DNA from: Anthoceros angustus
Lineage: Eukaryota > Plantae > Anthocerotophyta
Direction of reading: 5' to 3'
Length of the DNA: 64,000 nucleotides
Assembly: GCA_010909165.1 (NCBI GenBank)
Contig: MU008189.1
Coordinates: 186,001-250,000 of the forward strand
Each line of letters starts with the position of its first letter. Within the stretch, counting starts at the first letter, position 1. Positions 36,551-48,600 of this stretch are shown here, piece by piece. The position numbers were made by a program, and so were the translations under genes. The notes under the pieces were generated by a model. The model was not told where the DNA came from, ran no database searches, and was given only the letters and a program-made list of their open reading frames with translations.

Positions 36551-39500
36551 TGTGGAACGCAAAAGTTTGGGCAACTAGCTTAAATGAGTTCGCTTTGAAC
36601 AGCCCACACTCTTTGCTAGAATGGTTTGGTGAAGACATGCAAGGAAATTTTTGCTCCTTTTGAGCGGAGTTGTAGGACCATGTCGGAAGGCGAGAGGATA
36701 TGCAGGAAAAGAAACGGGTCAAAACGACCTGCTGGTGAGGAGAAAAGGTAACCTACATGAGTGGTAGGAGGTGTCCTACCACCGTAGGAGAAACTCCTAC
36801 CATGGTAGACGAGGGTAGGAGAGATCCTACCACCGTAGGAGGATGACCCTGCTAGTGTTTTGATCACCTACCAGTGTAGGAATAGCTCCTACCATGGTAG
36901 GAGAGGGTAGGAAGGTATCCTACCGCCGTAGGAGAAACTCCTACCGTGGTAGGAGAAAAGGGAAAACGCCTACCATGGTAGGAGGATGTCCTACCACGGT
37001 AGGAGATAGGTTTCTAAGGAAGGTAGCTTATGTTTTAGGCAGGATAGGCTTGCTATATATAGAGTCTTTTAGTGGACTAGATAAATAGGCCAAAATAGGT
37101 AATTAAGAAATTAGAGGCTAATTTTCAGTAATTAGAAATTAGAAAAATAGGGGAAAATGGTATTTTAGTATAAGGAAATTAGGAAACTAACATCAATGGT
37201 GGGAAGGGGCCACGTGGCACACATCCAAGGGCAGGATAGAATGGTAGTTACTTTTTCTAACCCTTGGGTGACTTATAAAAGTGGTGCAGTGCAGGAGGCC
37301 ACAACTCGTAAACTTGAAGAGACGGCCTCACAGAAGGCGCCGCCACACCTCAAGCTGCCCAAGGCCCCATACAGCAACGCCAAAGGATCACGCGAGGTGG
37401 TGGCCTCATCACACCGAGAGGAGGAGAAGGAGGGCGCAAGCTCAGCAAGGAGGCGAAATCCAGCGCCCAAGAGAGGAAGAAGGAGGAAAAGAGAAGAAGA
37501 GAAGGGAGAAGAAGGTTGGGGCGCAACCCAACACTTGCCAAGCTCGTGAGGGTGCCTAGGAGGGTGGAGCGTGGCAAGATTGCTAGGAAACCGTGCAGGA
37601 AGGGCTCCTAAATTGCTGTGGCAGGTGTAAGAGTCCGTGGGGGAATTTTGGTGAGCTTTCTCTTGCAGGAGAAATCGGGGTTTCTGGAGACGCCAAGGTG
37701 TAAGGGCTGAGGAAGGAGAGCAAGGCCAAGTACCTTTGAGCTGTGAGCAAGAGCAAATCGCTGAGGAGGAGGAGAAACGTTTGCAAGGATAAGAAGCTGG
37801 CAGGAGCTGCAGGAATTGCAGGAGAGGCATCACTTTTCTTCAATTTCGTGCAAGTACTAACCAAGGAGGCCATGACCAAGCCTACCATGACCAAGGGCAA
37901 GGAGGTAGTAGCCAAGGAAGGAGCGTCCACCAAGGGAGGTGGCGCAGGAGCTGCAAGAGGTCTAAGGCGGAGGATCGACCGGAGGGTGGAAATTTGACAT
38001 GCCCTTGTTTACGTGCTATGCAGGCCAGCTATCCTCTAGAGACCTTTCGACTTTCGACCTTGGGCAGAGGAGAATATTCAGCTAGAGTGGGTGTATGGGC
38101 GACATTGGTCTTACACCAACCTTGAATTGATAGAGAGTGTTTTGCTAATTTGCAGCAGACGGAAGAGGAATTGGCCGCCTTACCGGATAGAAACGACGGA
38201 CGGATCCACGGTGTTGGACGTAAGGAGCATACGCTGTATATGGCAGCGGATAGCGAGGATAGCGGAATCACGCTGATGGAAGGAACGAGTGAGGCAAGCG
38301 TGCATCAACGGCGGATCTTCCCAAGGGAGCCCTTACACTTATGCAAGGGGCATGAAGGCTAAGTCCAAGAATGGTTGGCGGACGACCAAATCTTGGAGCC
38401 CAAGTGGAGATTGTTCACAAGAATTGTTTTGGGCTTGGTGAGCAATCCAAGGGTGTCATATTTCAGCACTACCTTCCTCCATTTTCTATGGAAGATCACT
38501 CAAGGAGCGAAGCCGGATTGGGGGCTCATCATGTATGAAGCATACACCTACCACCGGGAGAAGTTGCTGAAACCCAACGCGTCGGATGAAGACAGTCCAA
38601 GGCCGTGCTATCTTAGCACTTATCTAGTGCATTTGTGGGAAGTAGAGGGGCTACTCACAAGTAAGGAGTTGGATGATTCCAAGCATCCCTTTAACATTGT
38701 GTACTTACAGCCAGGAGAGGGACAGGGAGTGCTTGGTGCTTTGCAGCTAAAGGAGGTGCCGGCAGCACCACCTGGGACATTATTGCTGGAAGGAATCCCT
38801 CCGAAAGATAGGCCAGAGGATGTGCAGGAGGACTTGCAAGGAGAAGTTGTAGGGGGATTTGAAGTTTGGACCGCGGAGGATGCGGAGATGGAAGGTAGGA
38901 TAGATCCTACCATGGCGGTGAATCCCGCGAGGGTGGGAGGTGTTCCCACGGTTTGGGACCCCTTCGTCCTCTCATGACAAGGCCTACGGTGGCAGAATTA
39001 GTCCTACCACGGTAGGGAAGTAGTCCTACCATGGTAGGAGCACCTCCTACCACGGTAGGAGGAAAGGAAGTCACGGTTTGGAAGCTCCCAAGCGGGAGAT
39101 AAGAAGGCAACCGGCCCTGCTAGGTGGGCGAGCGGATGGAGTCACGGTGGGAGGAGTTGCCCACCAAGTGATGAGCGGGAGCTCATCATAGGGAAGCAAG
39201 GGATGTAAGATCCCATGAGCAAGGCAAAGGCCTTGAGTCTCCGGAGGTAAGAAAGGAGACTTAGACATGTTGGAGGAGATGCTGCGCAGGGGAGATGTTC
39301 AAGAAGGTAGATGTAGGAGCCGCCAAGAGGAGAGTTGAATTCTTGAAGACGGAGGCGGAGAAGACAAGGACCTACCAAGCAAGGGAAATTGCGGTAGGCG
39401 GCGGAAACCCAGCGGTGGAGGATGTTATGAGGATGGAAGCTCAAGTGGAGCACTTGGAAAAGAGTCTTGAAACAAGGCACAGGAGGCAAACAATCATATT

Positions 39501-41926
39501 CGGAGAACAAGGCTCTTACCAAGCAATTGGCAGCTCGAGAGGAGAAGGTGGAGCAACTTGCTCACATGGTGCGCACATGGAAAAGAAGGCGGAAGACAAG
39601 CAAGTGCTGCTAATGGAGGAAAGGTCAAGACGAGAGCAATCTGCAAAGAAATGAGGGCAAAGACAAAGGCAAGTAGGCGCACATGAGCGGGTCATAGCCA
39701 CACAGCCGTGAAGATTAGTGACATGGAAAAGGAGCTGGGAGAAATCCGGAGGCTGGAATTGAAGGAAGAAGAGCTGGAAGAACGGACACATTTTGTCCAA
39801 AGATTGGAAATGGAACGAGAAGTCCAAAGAACGGAGAATGCACAACTCCCTAGGAGGATAGGGGAGTTGGAGGAAGAAATGGCAAAGGAGAAAGGCCGTC
39901 ATGAGGCGGTGGTGCAAAGATATGTTGGCGGTGAGGGAGCAGAGATTTCGGGCTGATTATGCCCTACAAGAGAGATTGATCCGCCAACTGCAGAATGAGA
40001 GGACGGAGAATGTGGCTCTCCATGTCAAGACTGGTGAGCTGGCCTTGGAGCGAGATGCTTACAAAAGCAAGTGTGAGCATGGAGTATGGCTTGAGGATTA
40101 CGAAGAATTGGAGATGGCACAACAACGATTTGCAGCCCATCTTCACAACAAGGTGCTCAAGGCCACTAACGAGTTGTTGCGACTTGCTGAGAGGAGGATG
40201 TTGGGACCTCATGACGATGATAGGGGAGGCCCTCATGCAAGTCCAACCGGAAGCCTTAGACTTGGAGAGTGTCCCAAGCAGGGTGAAGAAACTTCGCACT
40301 GTGGAGAAGCAAGTGAAGCGGGGAAGCTGCATGTGGAGAGAATCACCCTGTGAAGGGGTAAGGAAGAAGAAACGACTGTAGGAACTCCTACTGGTAGGAG
40401 GAGTTCCTACTGTAGGAGGGACTCCTACCGTGGTAGGAGAAGGTCCTACCATGGTAGGAGGGCCGGAAGAAGCAGGATTCAAAGGTCGCTAGCATGGATT
40501 TGACGGCAAGGGAGGCGAGTACCTTGGCCCTTGCAGGAAAGAAGGAAGAGGGGTTGATCTTGCAGAATGGAGCAAGAATCACAAGGAGAAGACCAACCTC
40601 CTAACATGGGTGCAGGAGCAAGGAGCTCACTTGCTCCACAAGTGAGAGGAAGAGGAGAAGCTGAGGATGAGCCAGTGGCTAAGAGAGCCCGGGCTATTTT
40701 ATTGGAGGAAGGAACTCAAGATAGGCATCAAGATAAGGAAGGGGATTCATAAGAAGTCCTTAAATTAGCTTGAAGACATGGGGCAAGATGCCACTTGGGA
40801 AGACTTTTCTTTAGAGGAGGACAGCATTAATGCTTGTCACCCAAAGAGAGTGTGTTGACTAGCTAGATAGGAATGTTGGAGAGCCATTAAGGCTCACATA
40901 GGTGAATTTGCTAGAATAGAATTTTACCCAAGATGCTTGGATGTCGAACTTAAAGTCACAATAGGATACACTAAAATAAGGAGTAAGGCGGTGAGGGAGC
41001 GTGAGAGGGCGCCTGTGGGAGGTCAGATGTGAGGACCTCCCTATAAAAGGAGGGAGCTTGTGAAGTAAAATTATCGTGTCTTGCGCCCCATCCTCCCGAG
41101 TCCTTCACTTTGTGCAGAATTTCGTGCCGCAAGCCAACGCAGGTCCGTAGAGAGGAGAACGCGCTCGGAGGCCGGGTGGAGGGCTTGCTCTTTGCAGCGC
41201 CCGCTAGCCGCCTCCCTTGTGAATGGTTGTGTGAATTGTTTTGCTTTGAGTGTGTGGCGATGCTCAAGGAACTCTCGGCTTGAGGGTAGACTGCAGGAAA
41301 GACTCGGAGGTTCTCGTCTGCAAACCACATAGCAACCGCCCAAGGAAGAACTCGTTAATTTCCTGACGACCTGTGCAGCCGTAAGGGCGAGTTGGAATTA
41401 ATGAGCCAGCAATTGGTGTTAGAGTAGGAGATTGTGGAGGAAGGAAGGGTAGATGAGTAGAGAAGAAGAGGGCGTTGTTGATTGAGAGAGTTGTGAGGAG
41501 GATTAGAGTGTAGGAAAAGCGGAGGCCACAGGCGAGCCTAAGGGACGAATCCCAACTGCAAGTAAGAGGGCGCCCCTGTGGAGAAGAGTGTCTTAGGAGT
41601 AGGGACGAAGTTGCGGTGTGGGTCGGGGGTCCACAGGCGCCGTGATAGACACCTTGTAAGACGTAACACTGCAATTGTGTGGTGTCGTTGTAGGTTGAGG
41701 TTTGGTGAGTTCTGACGATCGGTGCGTAGGCTGCTGTAGAGGAGCGTGAGAGGCGCCTTGCTTGTTTAGAAGGCTGAGGTAGTGTGTAGCTGCGGTGGTG
41801 ACGGATTTCTCAAGATTCGTAGTTCCCAAGTCTCATGGGACGAAACCCAACGTACGAAACGACAGTGGGATAAGTGTGGCCGCTAGAGGGTGCATCTCGG
41901 GAGTGCCCCGGGATCTGCCTCCCACA
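36551..41926 (+). repeat. 3' LTR (~5.4 kb)
   Basis: Starts tgtggaacgcaaaag after the PPT; ends ctcccaca followed by TSD gagac. Confidence 0.92.
37860..40760 (+). pseudogene. LTR-internal ORF of unknown function (globular block plus coiled coil), frameshifted
   Basis: Successive ORFs 37743, 38150, 38375 (200 aa; WRLFTRIVLGLVSN...CYLSTYLVHLWEVEGLLT), 39295, 39708 and 39901 (heptad/charged). Confidence 0.6.
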
Positions 41927-42609
41927 GAGACATAATGCATGCAACCGAGATTTAGGGCGGAGAAATTCTCTCAACTCTATGGACTTAACGGGGATAATGG
42001 ACATGGACAATACTAGAGCAAGAAGCTCAATGTGGATGCTGGGTGATGAGACTCAGTGAACTGGAAGGCAGGTGCATCCCGAAAGTGAAGTCGATGCTAG
42101 AACTGTCCCCAAGAAGACGTGCAAAGGAGAACACATGATGACTTCAAGGCCAAGATTTTGGCTTGGCAGATATCCCTTGTCACATTGACGCACATAACCT
42201 GCAAACATTTGGCCTCCCTCGAGATGCTTCGACAAAGGGAAGAAGCAATGAAACTCGGCTTCAAACCATGAAAGACGCAAGTATGGATTAATTAGGCGAT
42301 TGTTTCTCCAACAATCAATGGAGCAAAAGATCCAATGTCAGAGACTTGTGAATTTGAGGAAGTGGATCTTAAAGTCAACGAGCCATATTTGAGTACCCGC
42401 CGCAGTTTCTCGTCTAACACATTGCACTTCATTACTTGCCAAGGAAGCTGCTTTCAAAAGCTGACCAAAGTAGAAAAGGGGGAGGAGGGAAGAAGAGAAG
42501 CAGAAAGAGAGATTACGGAGGACGAGGGTGGGGATACACAAGGTTTAATATCCTCCAAAGCTTCATCCCTGGGAGGCAAAGGAGGATCAACATTAAGAGA
42601 GCAACGTGA

Positions 42610-42930
42610 AATCAAGGATTCGCCACAAGAGCTAATGCAGACATATTATCGCAGAAAAGGGGAGTCGGCTCACGCTGTTGATGTCCAAGATCAGTAAGAA
42701 AGGTTTGTTCCCACTTTGCCTCTTTTAAGGCACCTGTTAAACTTTTATATTCCGTTTCTGTAGATGAAAGAGCTATCAATGTTTGCTTCTTGCAGCTCCA
42801 ATTTATGGCAGCAGAAGCCAATAAGAAGCCATAGGTTGACAAGCTACGTCAGGAGTCACTATCTGATGCCCAATTAGCATCAACGAACCCCTCTAAGCTA
42901 AGTCTACGCTGACTTCTGCTTCTTAGAAAA
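42610..42930 (-). mobile_element. Ty1/Copia RT-RNase H fragment
   Basis: GFVDANWASD, AINWSCKKQTLIALSSTETEY, PTPLFCDNMSALALVANP. Confidence 0.9.
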
Positions 42931-43209
42931 TGCCATGATATTAGTATTAGAACATACAGATAGATGTAGTTAGCCACAATGTTAGGAGCCCTGTTAGCCA
43001 GTAAGGCCGTTAGGGCCACACACCTCTTCACGAGGAGTCACACCTCTTCATCATCAGATATGACAATGTATAAGGCTCACCGGCAACCTTCTCTTGAATA
43101 ACAATTCTTCCTTCTCCTCCATCATTTACATGAGATTGATCCTACCTGATTTCATATATGCTATTAGAGCAGGGTTGAGAATGCAGTCCCTACATACCCT
43201 CGCCGGATG

Positions 43210-45393
43210 CTTCACCCGGTGTTCATGTACGCCCCCACTCCAGCCCACAAGTCCATGGATTATTTCAAGCGGGGATTTGTTTGAATTACCTATAAGATTT
43301 GAAGCCCAAGCCTCGACGATCTATCCCACGGCCCAAGGCAACATCTGTTTTCAGTAATCTAATCTATAATCCGCAATCAAGTGGAGAAATTGTGAGATCA
43401 CCGCCATGCCGGTGCCTAAGCCATGGATGCCCCTCTAAAGGATCAATTTACCTCAGAAACTTCCCCAAATTGGAACATCCTCAACGGCGCCCAAGGCGAT
43501 TTCTCTCCACTGGCCGAATTCAAGGGGATTTGTAGTCAACGTTGGCTAGATTTCGCTCTACGCTCCAGGTCGGGGGGGAGGGGCCTCATCGTGGTAGCGG
43601 CCGGGGGCAACTGCCCCTCGCGTCCGCAAGGGACGATACTAACGTGACGCAATTTCTTTCAAAGACCTTGAAATTGCGTCTTCAAGAGACATTATAATTG
43701 GTACCATCAAATTGATGGTACCAATTATAATGTCTCTTGAAGTCGTAAAATTGAGGTCTTTCTCCTCATAGAAGACCTATTTAGCGTTGTGATTGGGACC
43801 GAGCCGAAGTTGGCTACTCCACCTACCACACCGGGTGGAATGGTCTACATGCCCCGACAACCGGTTTTGGAAGTAAGTCTGCATGGAACTCCAAAGACAG
43901 GAAGGCAAGAGCAAATATTATACTCTATATGAAGGACGCTCACTTGAGCGTGGTTCGGCATTTGTCAACCCCCAAGGAGGTCTGGGACGTCTTGAAGAAG
44001 AAGTACTTCTTTGACAACGCTAGGGACAAGGGTTACTTGACACGAGAGTTCTACAACCTTCGTATGTCGGAGATCGAATTGGTTGAACAGTTCGTGAACA
44101 AGTTTATGAACCTCATGGATTCTGTCGAGTTGGTGGGCACCACCGTGTTCGACCATGATGCTTTTGTGTAACTTCTACAGAGTATGCCCCCTTCATGGTC
44201 AACGTTGGTCATGATGCGAACGGCGAATCCAAGGCCGTTGGACGAGACTATCTCGCTGTTGAAGCAAGAGGAGCAGCGGAGGAAGGCAGCCCATACCGTA
44301 GCCCTCGCAGATATTGCTCTCTTCACCCGGTGTTCATGTACGCCCCCACTCCACAAGTCCATGGATTATTTCAAGCGGGATTTGTTTGAATTACCTATAA
44401 GATTTGAAGCCCAAGCCTCGACGATCTATCCCACGGCCCAAGGCAACATCCGCTTTCGAATCTAATCTATAATCCGCAATCAAGTGGAGAAATTGTGAGA
44501 TCACCGCCATGCCGGTGCCTAAGCCATGGATGCCCTCTAAAGGATCAATTTACCTCAAACTTCCCCAAATTGGAACATCCTCAACGGCGCCCAAGGCGAT
44601 TTCTCCACCGAATTCAAGGGGATTTGTAGTCAACGTTGGCTAGATTTCGCCCACGCCCGTCGGGAGGGCCTCATCGTGGTAGCGGCCGGGGCAATCGCCT
44701 CGCGTCCGCAAGGGACGATACTAACGTGACGCAATTTCTTTCAAAGACCTTGAAATTGTTAAGAGATATTATAATTGGTACCATCAAATTGATGGTACCA
44801 ATTATAATGTCTCTTGAAGTCGTAAAATTGAGGTCTTTCTCCTCATAGAAGACCTATTTAGCGTTGTGATTGGGACCGAGCCGAAGTTGGCTACTCCACC
44901 TACCACACCGGGTGGAATGGTCTACATGCCCCGACAACCGGTTTTGGAAGTAAGTCTGCATGGAACTCCAAAGACAGGAAGGCAAGAGCAAATATTATAC
45001 TCTATATGAAGGACGCTCACTTGAGCGTGGTTCGGCATTTGTCAACCCCCAAGGAGGTCTGGGACGTCTTGAAGAAGAAGTACTTCTTTGACAACGCTAG
45101 GACAAGGGTTACTTGACACGAGAGTTCTACAACCTTCGTATGTCGAGATCGAATTGGTTGAGCAGTTCGTGAACAAGTTTATGAACCTCATGGATTCTGC
45201 CGAGTTGGTGGGCAAGTGTTCACCATGATGCTTTGTGTAACTTCTATTATGCCCCTTCATGGTCAACGTTGGTCATGATGCGAACGGCGAATCCAAGGCC
45301 GTTGGACGAGACTATCTCGCTGTTGAAGCAAGAGGAGCAGCGGAGGAAGGCAGCCCATACCGTAGCCCTCGCAGATATTGCTCTCTTCACCCG
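43210..45393. repeat. ~1.1-kb tandem duplication of the Copia gag
   Basis: Copies 43210-44320 and 44321-45384; junction on the cttcacccg microhomology. Confidence 0.88.
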
Positions 45394-45675
45394 CGGTAGG
45401 ACTCGCCCTTATCGAGGGCGATACTCCGGAGGATCCGGCAGGGGCAATCCCCTGGCCACTCACCCCAACGATAAGCGCAAGATAGGGAATTGCTTCTATT
45501 GCTTGCAACCTGGGCATCACCAATGTGATTGCCTCAAGAGATAAGCGAATATGAGGGAGCAACCCTCTACTAGTAGCATCACTCACGGCGCTTGCTTGTT
45601 TCTCACAAGTTCTAACTCGTCGTTGGATTTTTGCCATTGGTTTGTGGATACAGGTGCAACCCACCACATGACAAG

Positions 45676-48600
45676 CTTGTCATAGATCCCACAGCCTTGA
45701 TCTCCTCTAAAGTTGCCTAGATCCCACAGCCTTGATCTCCTCTAAAGTTGCTTGCCTATCAAACTTGGCTCTGAACCTGTCCATGAATTGCTTTTGACCT
45801 CCAAACCCAAAGCAAGAATATGGCTTACCAGCGACGTTTTTCCCCCTCTGCACTGCAGCAATCTTTTGTTGACTGGGTGCAACAACACCATCCAGCTTAT
45901 CTTTCTCCTGGTTCAAGAGAACATCCCAATGCTCCTTCTTCAAGCTCTTGGGCACATACTTATCGCACCCTTTCTTCCCATGTAAGAAGTGCCTAGCCTC
46001 CTTTCTCAAGTTATTCTTCCAATGCCTCGGGCGGGTGCCACTAAGCGAGCTACAATACAATGAAAGCTCCATGGGCTGAAATTGTTTGGCGTAAGGTGCT
46101 TTCAATAAGAAGCACTTCAAAGATCGAGTGTGCCCAAAAATCGATGGGGTTGCACATGTGTCGGATTGTGTAGTGCACCCTATCCTTCAGGGGAAACCAC
46201 GAAGGCGAGTCACGTAGTATGTAACCTGCACATTCAAAAACACATAGACAATTGTGATTTAGAACATTCTGTGCAACATAACCTCATGACTGAAATCCAG
46301 GCCTCAACCCAAAATTAAATGACCATGGAGTTACAAGCCTACTTTTGCAGGAGTGTAACTCCGGGCTGAAATTGTTTGACGAAGGTGCTTTCAATAAGAA
46401 GCACTTCAAAGATCGAGTGTGCCCAAAAATCGATGGGGTTGCACATGTCGGCTGTAAAACCCAACATGTAATCGGCACATAATGTCGACATCGAACTGTA
46501 AAGCAACCATGCATGGATCCTCCCCTCGCAAAGCAACCATGCTCCCCTCATTACATTTTCCTCACAGACGAATACTTACGCTTTCATGCATATGAGCAGC
46601 AGAACCTCATCTTTGGATGTCGAAATTCCTCTTCCGTTTTGGTGCACGCTTGTTGCCCTCGAAGTCAACGTCCATACATGTCATAGGGATTTCGCCATGT
46701 ACCCCAGCATGAGCATCCCCACACTGATGCTCATGATGGGGGTTGACACAGCCCGGTTGTGTGGCGACCCCGACTGTATTGTTCGCATCATCCGCATAAA
46801 TCGGTGGCAAGGGTGTCCTAGAAGCAAATGAATTCACTTCCAGATCACAGGCCTGCCCATTTCCCAGTCTCGCGGCATCTTCCAAAATATCAGCTATCTC
46901 ACGATCCTGGAGGCTATCACAGACCACCACGTCAGAATCGTGCCAATCCTTCATCTTGTCGTGAGCTCACCTTAGAAATTGATTAGTTAGAATTGGCCGT
47001 GTATTCGGCTTGCGAAGGCACCTTCGACTGCAGGCTAGTTCTTTGGTCCCTTTTCGGCAATGGTGTCAGTCTGAATCACACCCTACCGGTCGGTGAACTC
47101 CGCCAACCTCCTCTTCGCCGGCCTTCTCAACGGCCTCCTCAGCATCCTTGGTTAAGGTCGCCTCCTCTTCGTCCTTCCTTGCCTCGAGGTCGGCGGCACT
47201 TGCGGGCGGGGATTCGGCAGGCCGCATGGCATACACCCATGTCGGCATGTGGGCCTTCCCACTCTTGGACAATCAAGCGGATGTCCGAGGTCACCATGCA
47301 AACTTGATCGTGCCAAAACCCTGTTGTGGCACATTTCCCCATAAATTTGTGAGGCCCAGTTTTGTGTTGGAAGGACATCTTCATCGAGGTAAGGCGCGAC
47401 CGGACCTTGTGGAACTTGTCCTCCTCATCTTCGTCGTCGCCTCTTCGTCCTTCCTTGCCTCGAGGTCGGCAAAGACTTGCGGGCGGGGATTCCGGCAGCC
47501 TCGCATGGCATACACCCATGTCGGCATGTGGGCCTTCCCACTCTTGGACAATCCAAGCGGATGTCCGAGGTCACCATGCAAACTTGATCGTGCCAAAACC
47601 CTGTGGCACATTTCCCCATAGGCCGTGAGGCCCAGTTTTGTGTTGGAAGGACATCTTCATCGAGGTAAGGCGCGACCGGACCTTGTGGAACTTGTCCTCC
47701 TCATCTTCGCTGCCGCCTCTTGGACCTCTGACTCCTGAACATGGGCTGAAGCCAAAACCCCGTCAACCCCCAATGCCTCAGGCCGGCATTTGGCTGATCT
47801 GGTTACAGGCCCTTGAGACTCTTGGTTAAACTCCCCTCCATCGTGCTTCAATCCTACTCTCCGACCTCGCGTTGGCCTCCCCAAGCCATCTGCGCCAGCA
47901 CATGAACTTGGTAGCCGCTTGCCTTGCCATTTGTCACCCTTAACTCGGCCACCGCGCTTAGCTCATCCACGATCACCCCCCTTGCTACCTCTTGTCTGCT
48001 GATGTCTTCCAACCGACATGTTCGCTCATCCTCGTCACCATTGGCGTCTTCTTCCAGGCTCGGCCCTCAACTTCTTCACCGCACCCACTTACCTTTTAGG
48101 TGTTGAGGCCCTAAGATCGGGCAAAGATGCGCCAAGTTCTTGTTTTCACAACCATCGGGTCCGCCTCGGCATCTTCCAAAATATCGGCTATCTCACGATC
48201 CCGAGGCTATCACAAACCACCACGCCGAATCGTGCCACTCCTTCATCGCCTTGTCTCGATGTCCGCCTCGGCATGACATTCTATCTTCCGCTTTTGGCAT
48301 CCGCACCATTGCTGGTTGTGAAAACAGAGCTCAGATAATCGGCGAGAAAACAACAACACAAACACATGAATGAAAAGCCCACGGAGAAAGAACAACGCCT
48401 CATGCCGACATACCTTGACCCTAAACTTGCCTTTACCACACTTGCTGAGGTGTCCTTCTTCTTCTACACTGTTTGCGCTCCTCGAGCTGCTGTATAGACG
48501 TGGTATATCCCTGACCACAAGAGAGCGGTGTGCGGACCGCGTTCATAGATGTCTCGGTACTCTCTCCCTTCGTGTCGCAGTGCACTGGCAAAAACAGAGA

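Larger units (their letters stand above)
10635..41926 (+). mobile_element. Ty3/Gypsy non-chromovirus (Athila/Tat-like) LTR retrotransposon with nested insertion
   Basis: TG...CA LTR pair, 5-bp TSD GAGAC (10630-10634 and 41927-41931), PBS, PPT and gag-AP-RT-RH-INT order. Confidence 0.92.

Noticed and set aside
37860-40760. env-like gene of an Athila-type element
   Set aside because: It lies inside the LTR rather than between pol and PPT, and no signal peptide or clear transmembrane segment is evident.
41927-42600. Short ORFs after the 3' LTR
   Set aside because: No interpretable motifs; probably decayed TE sequence.
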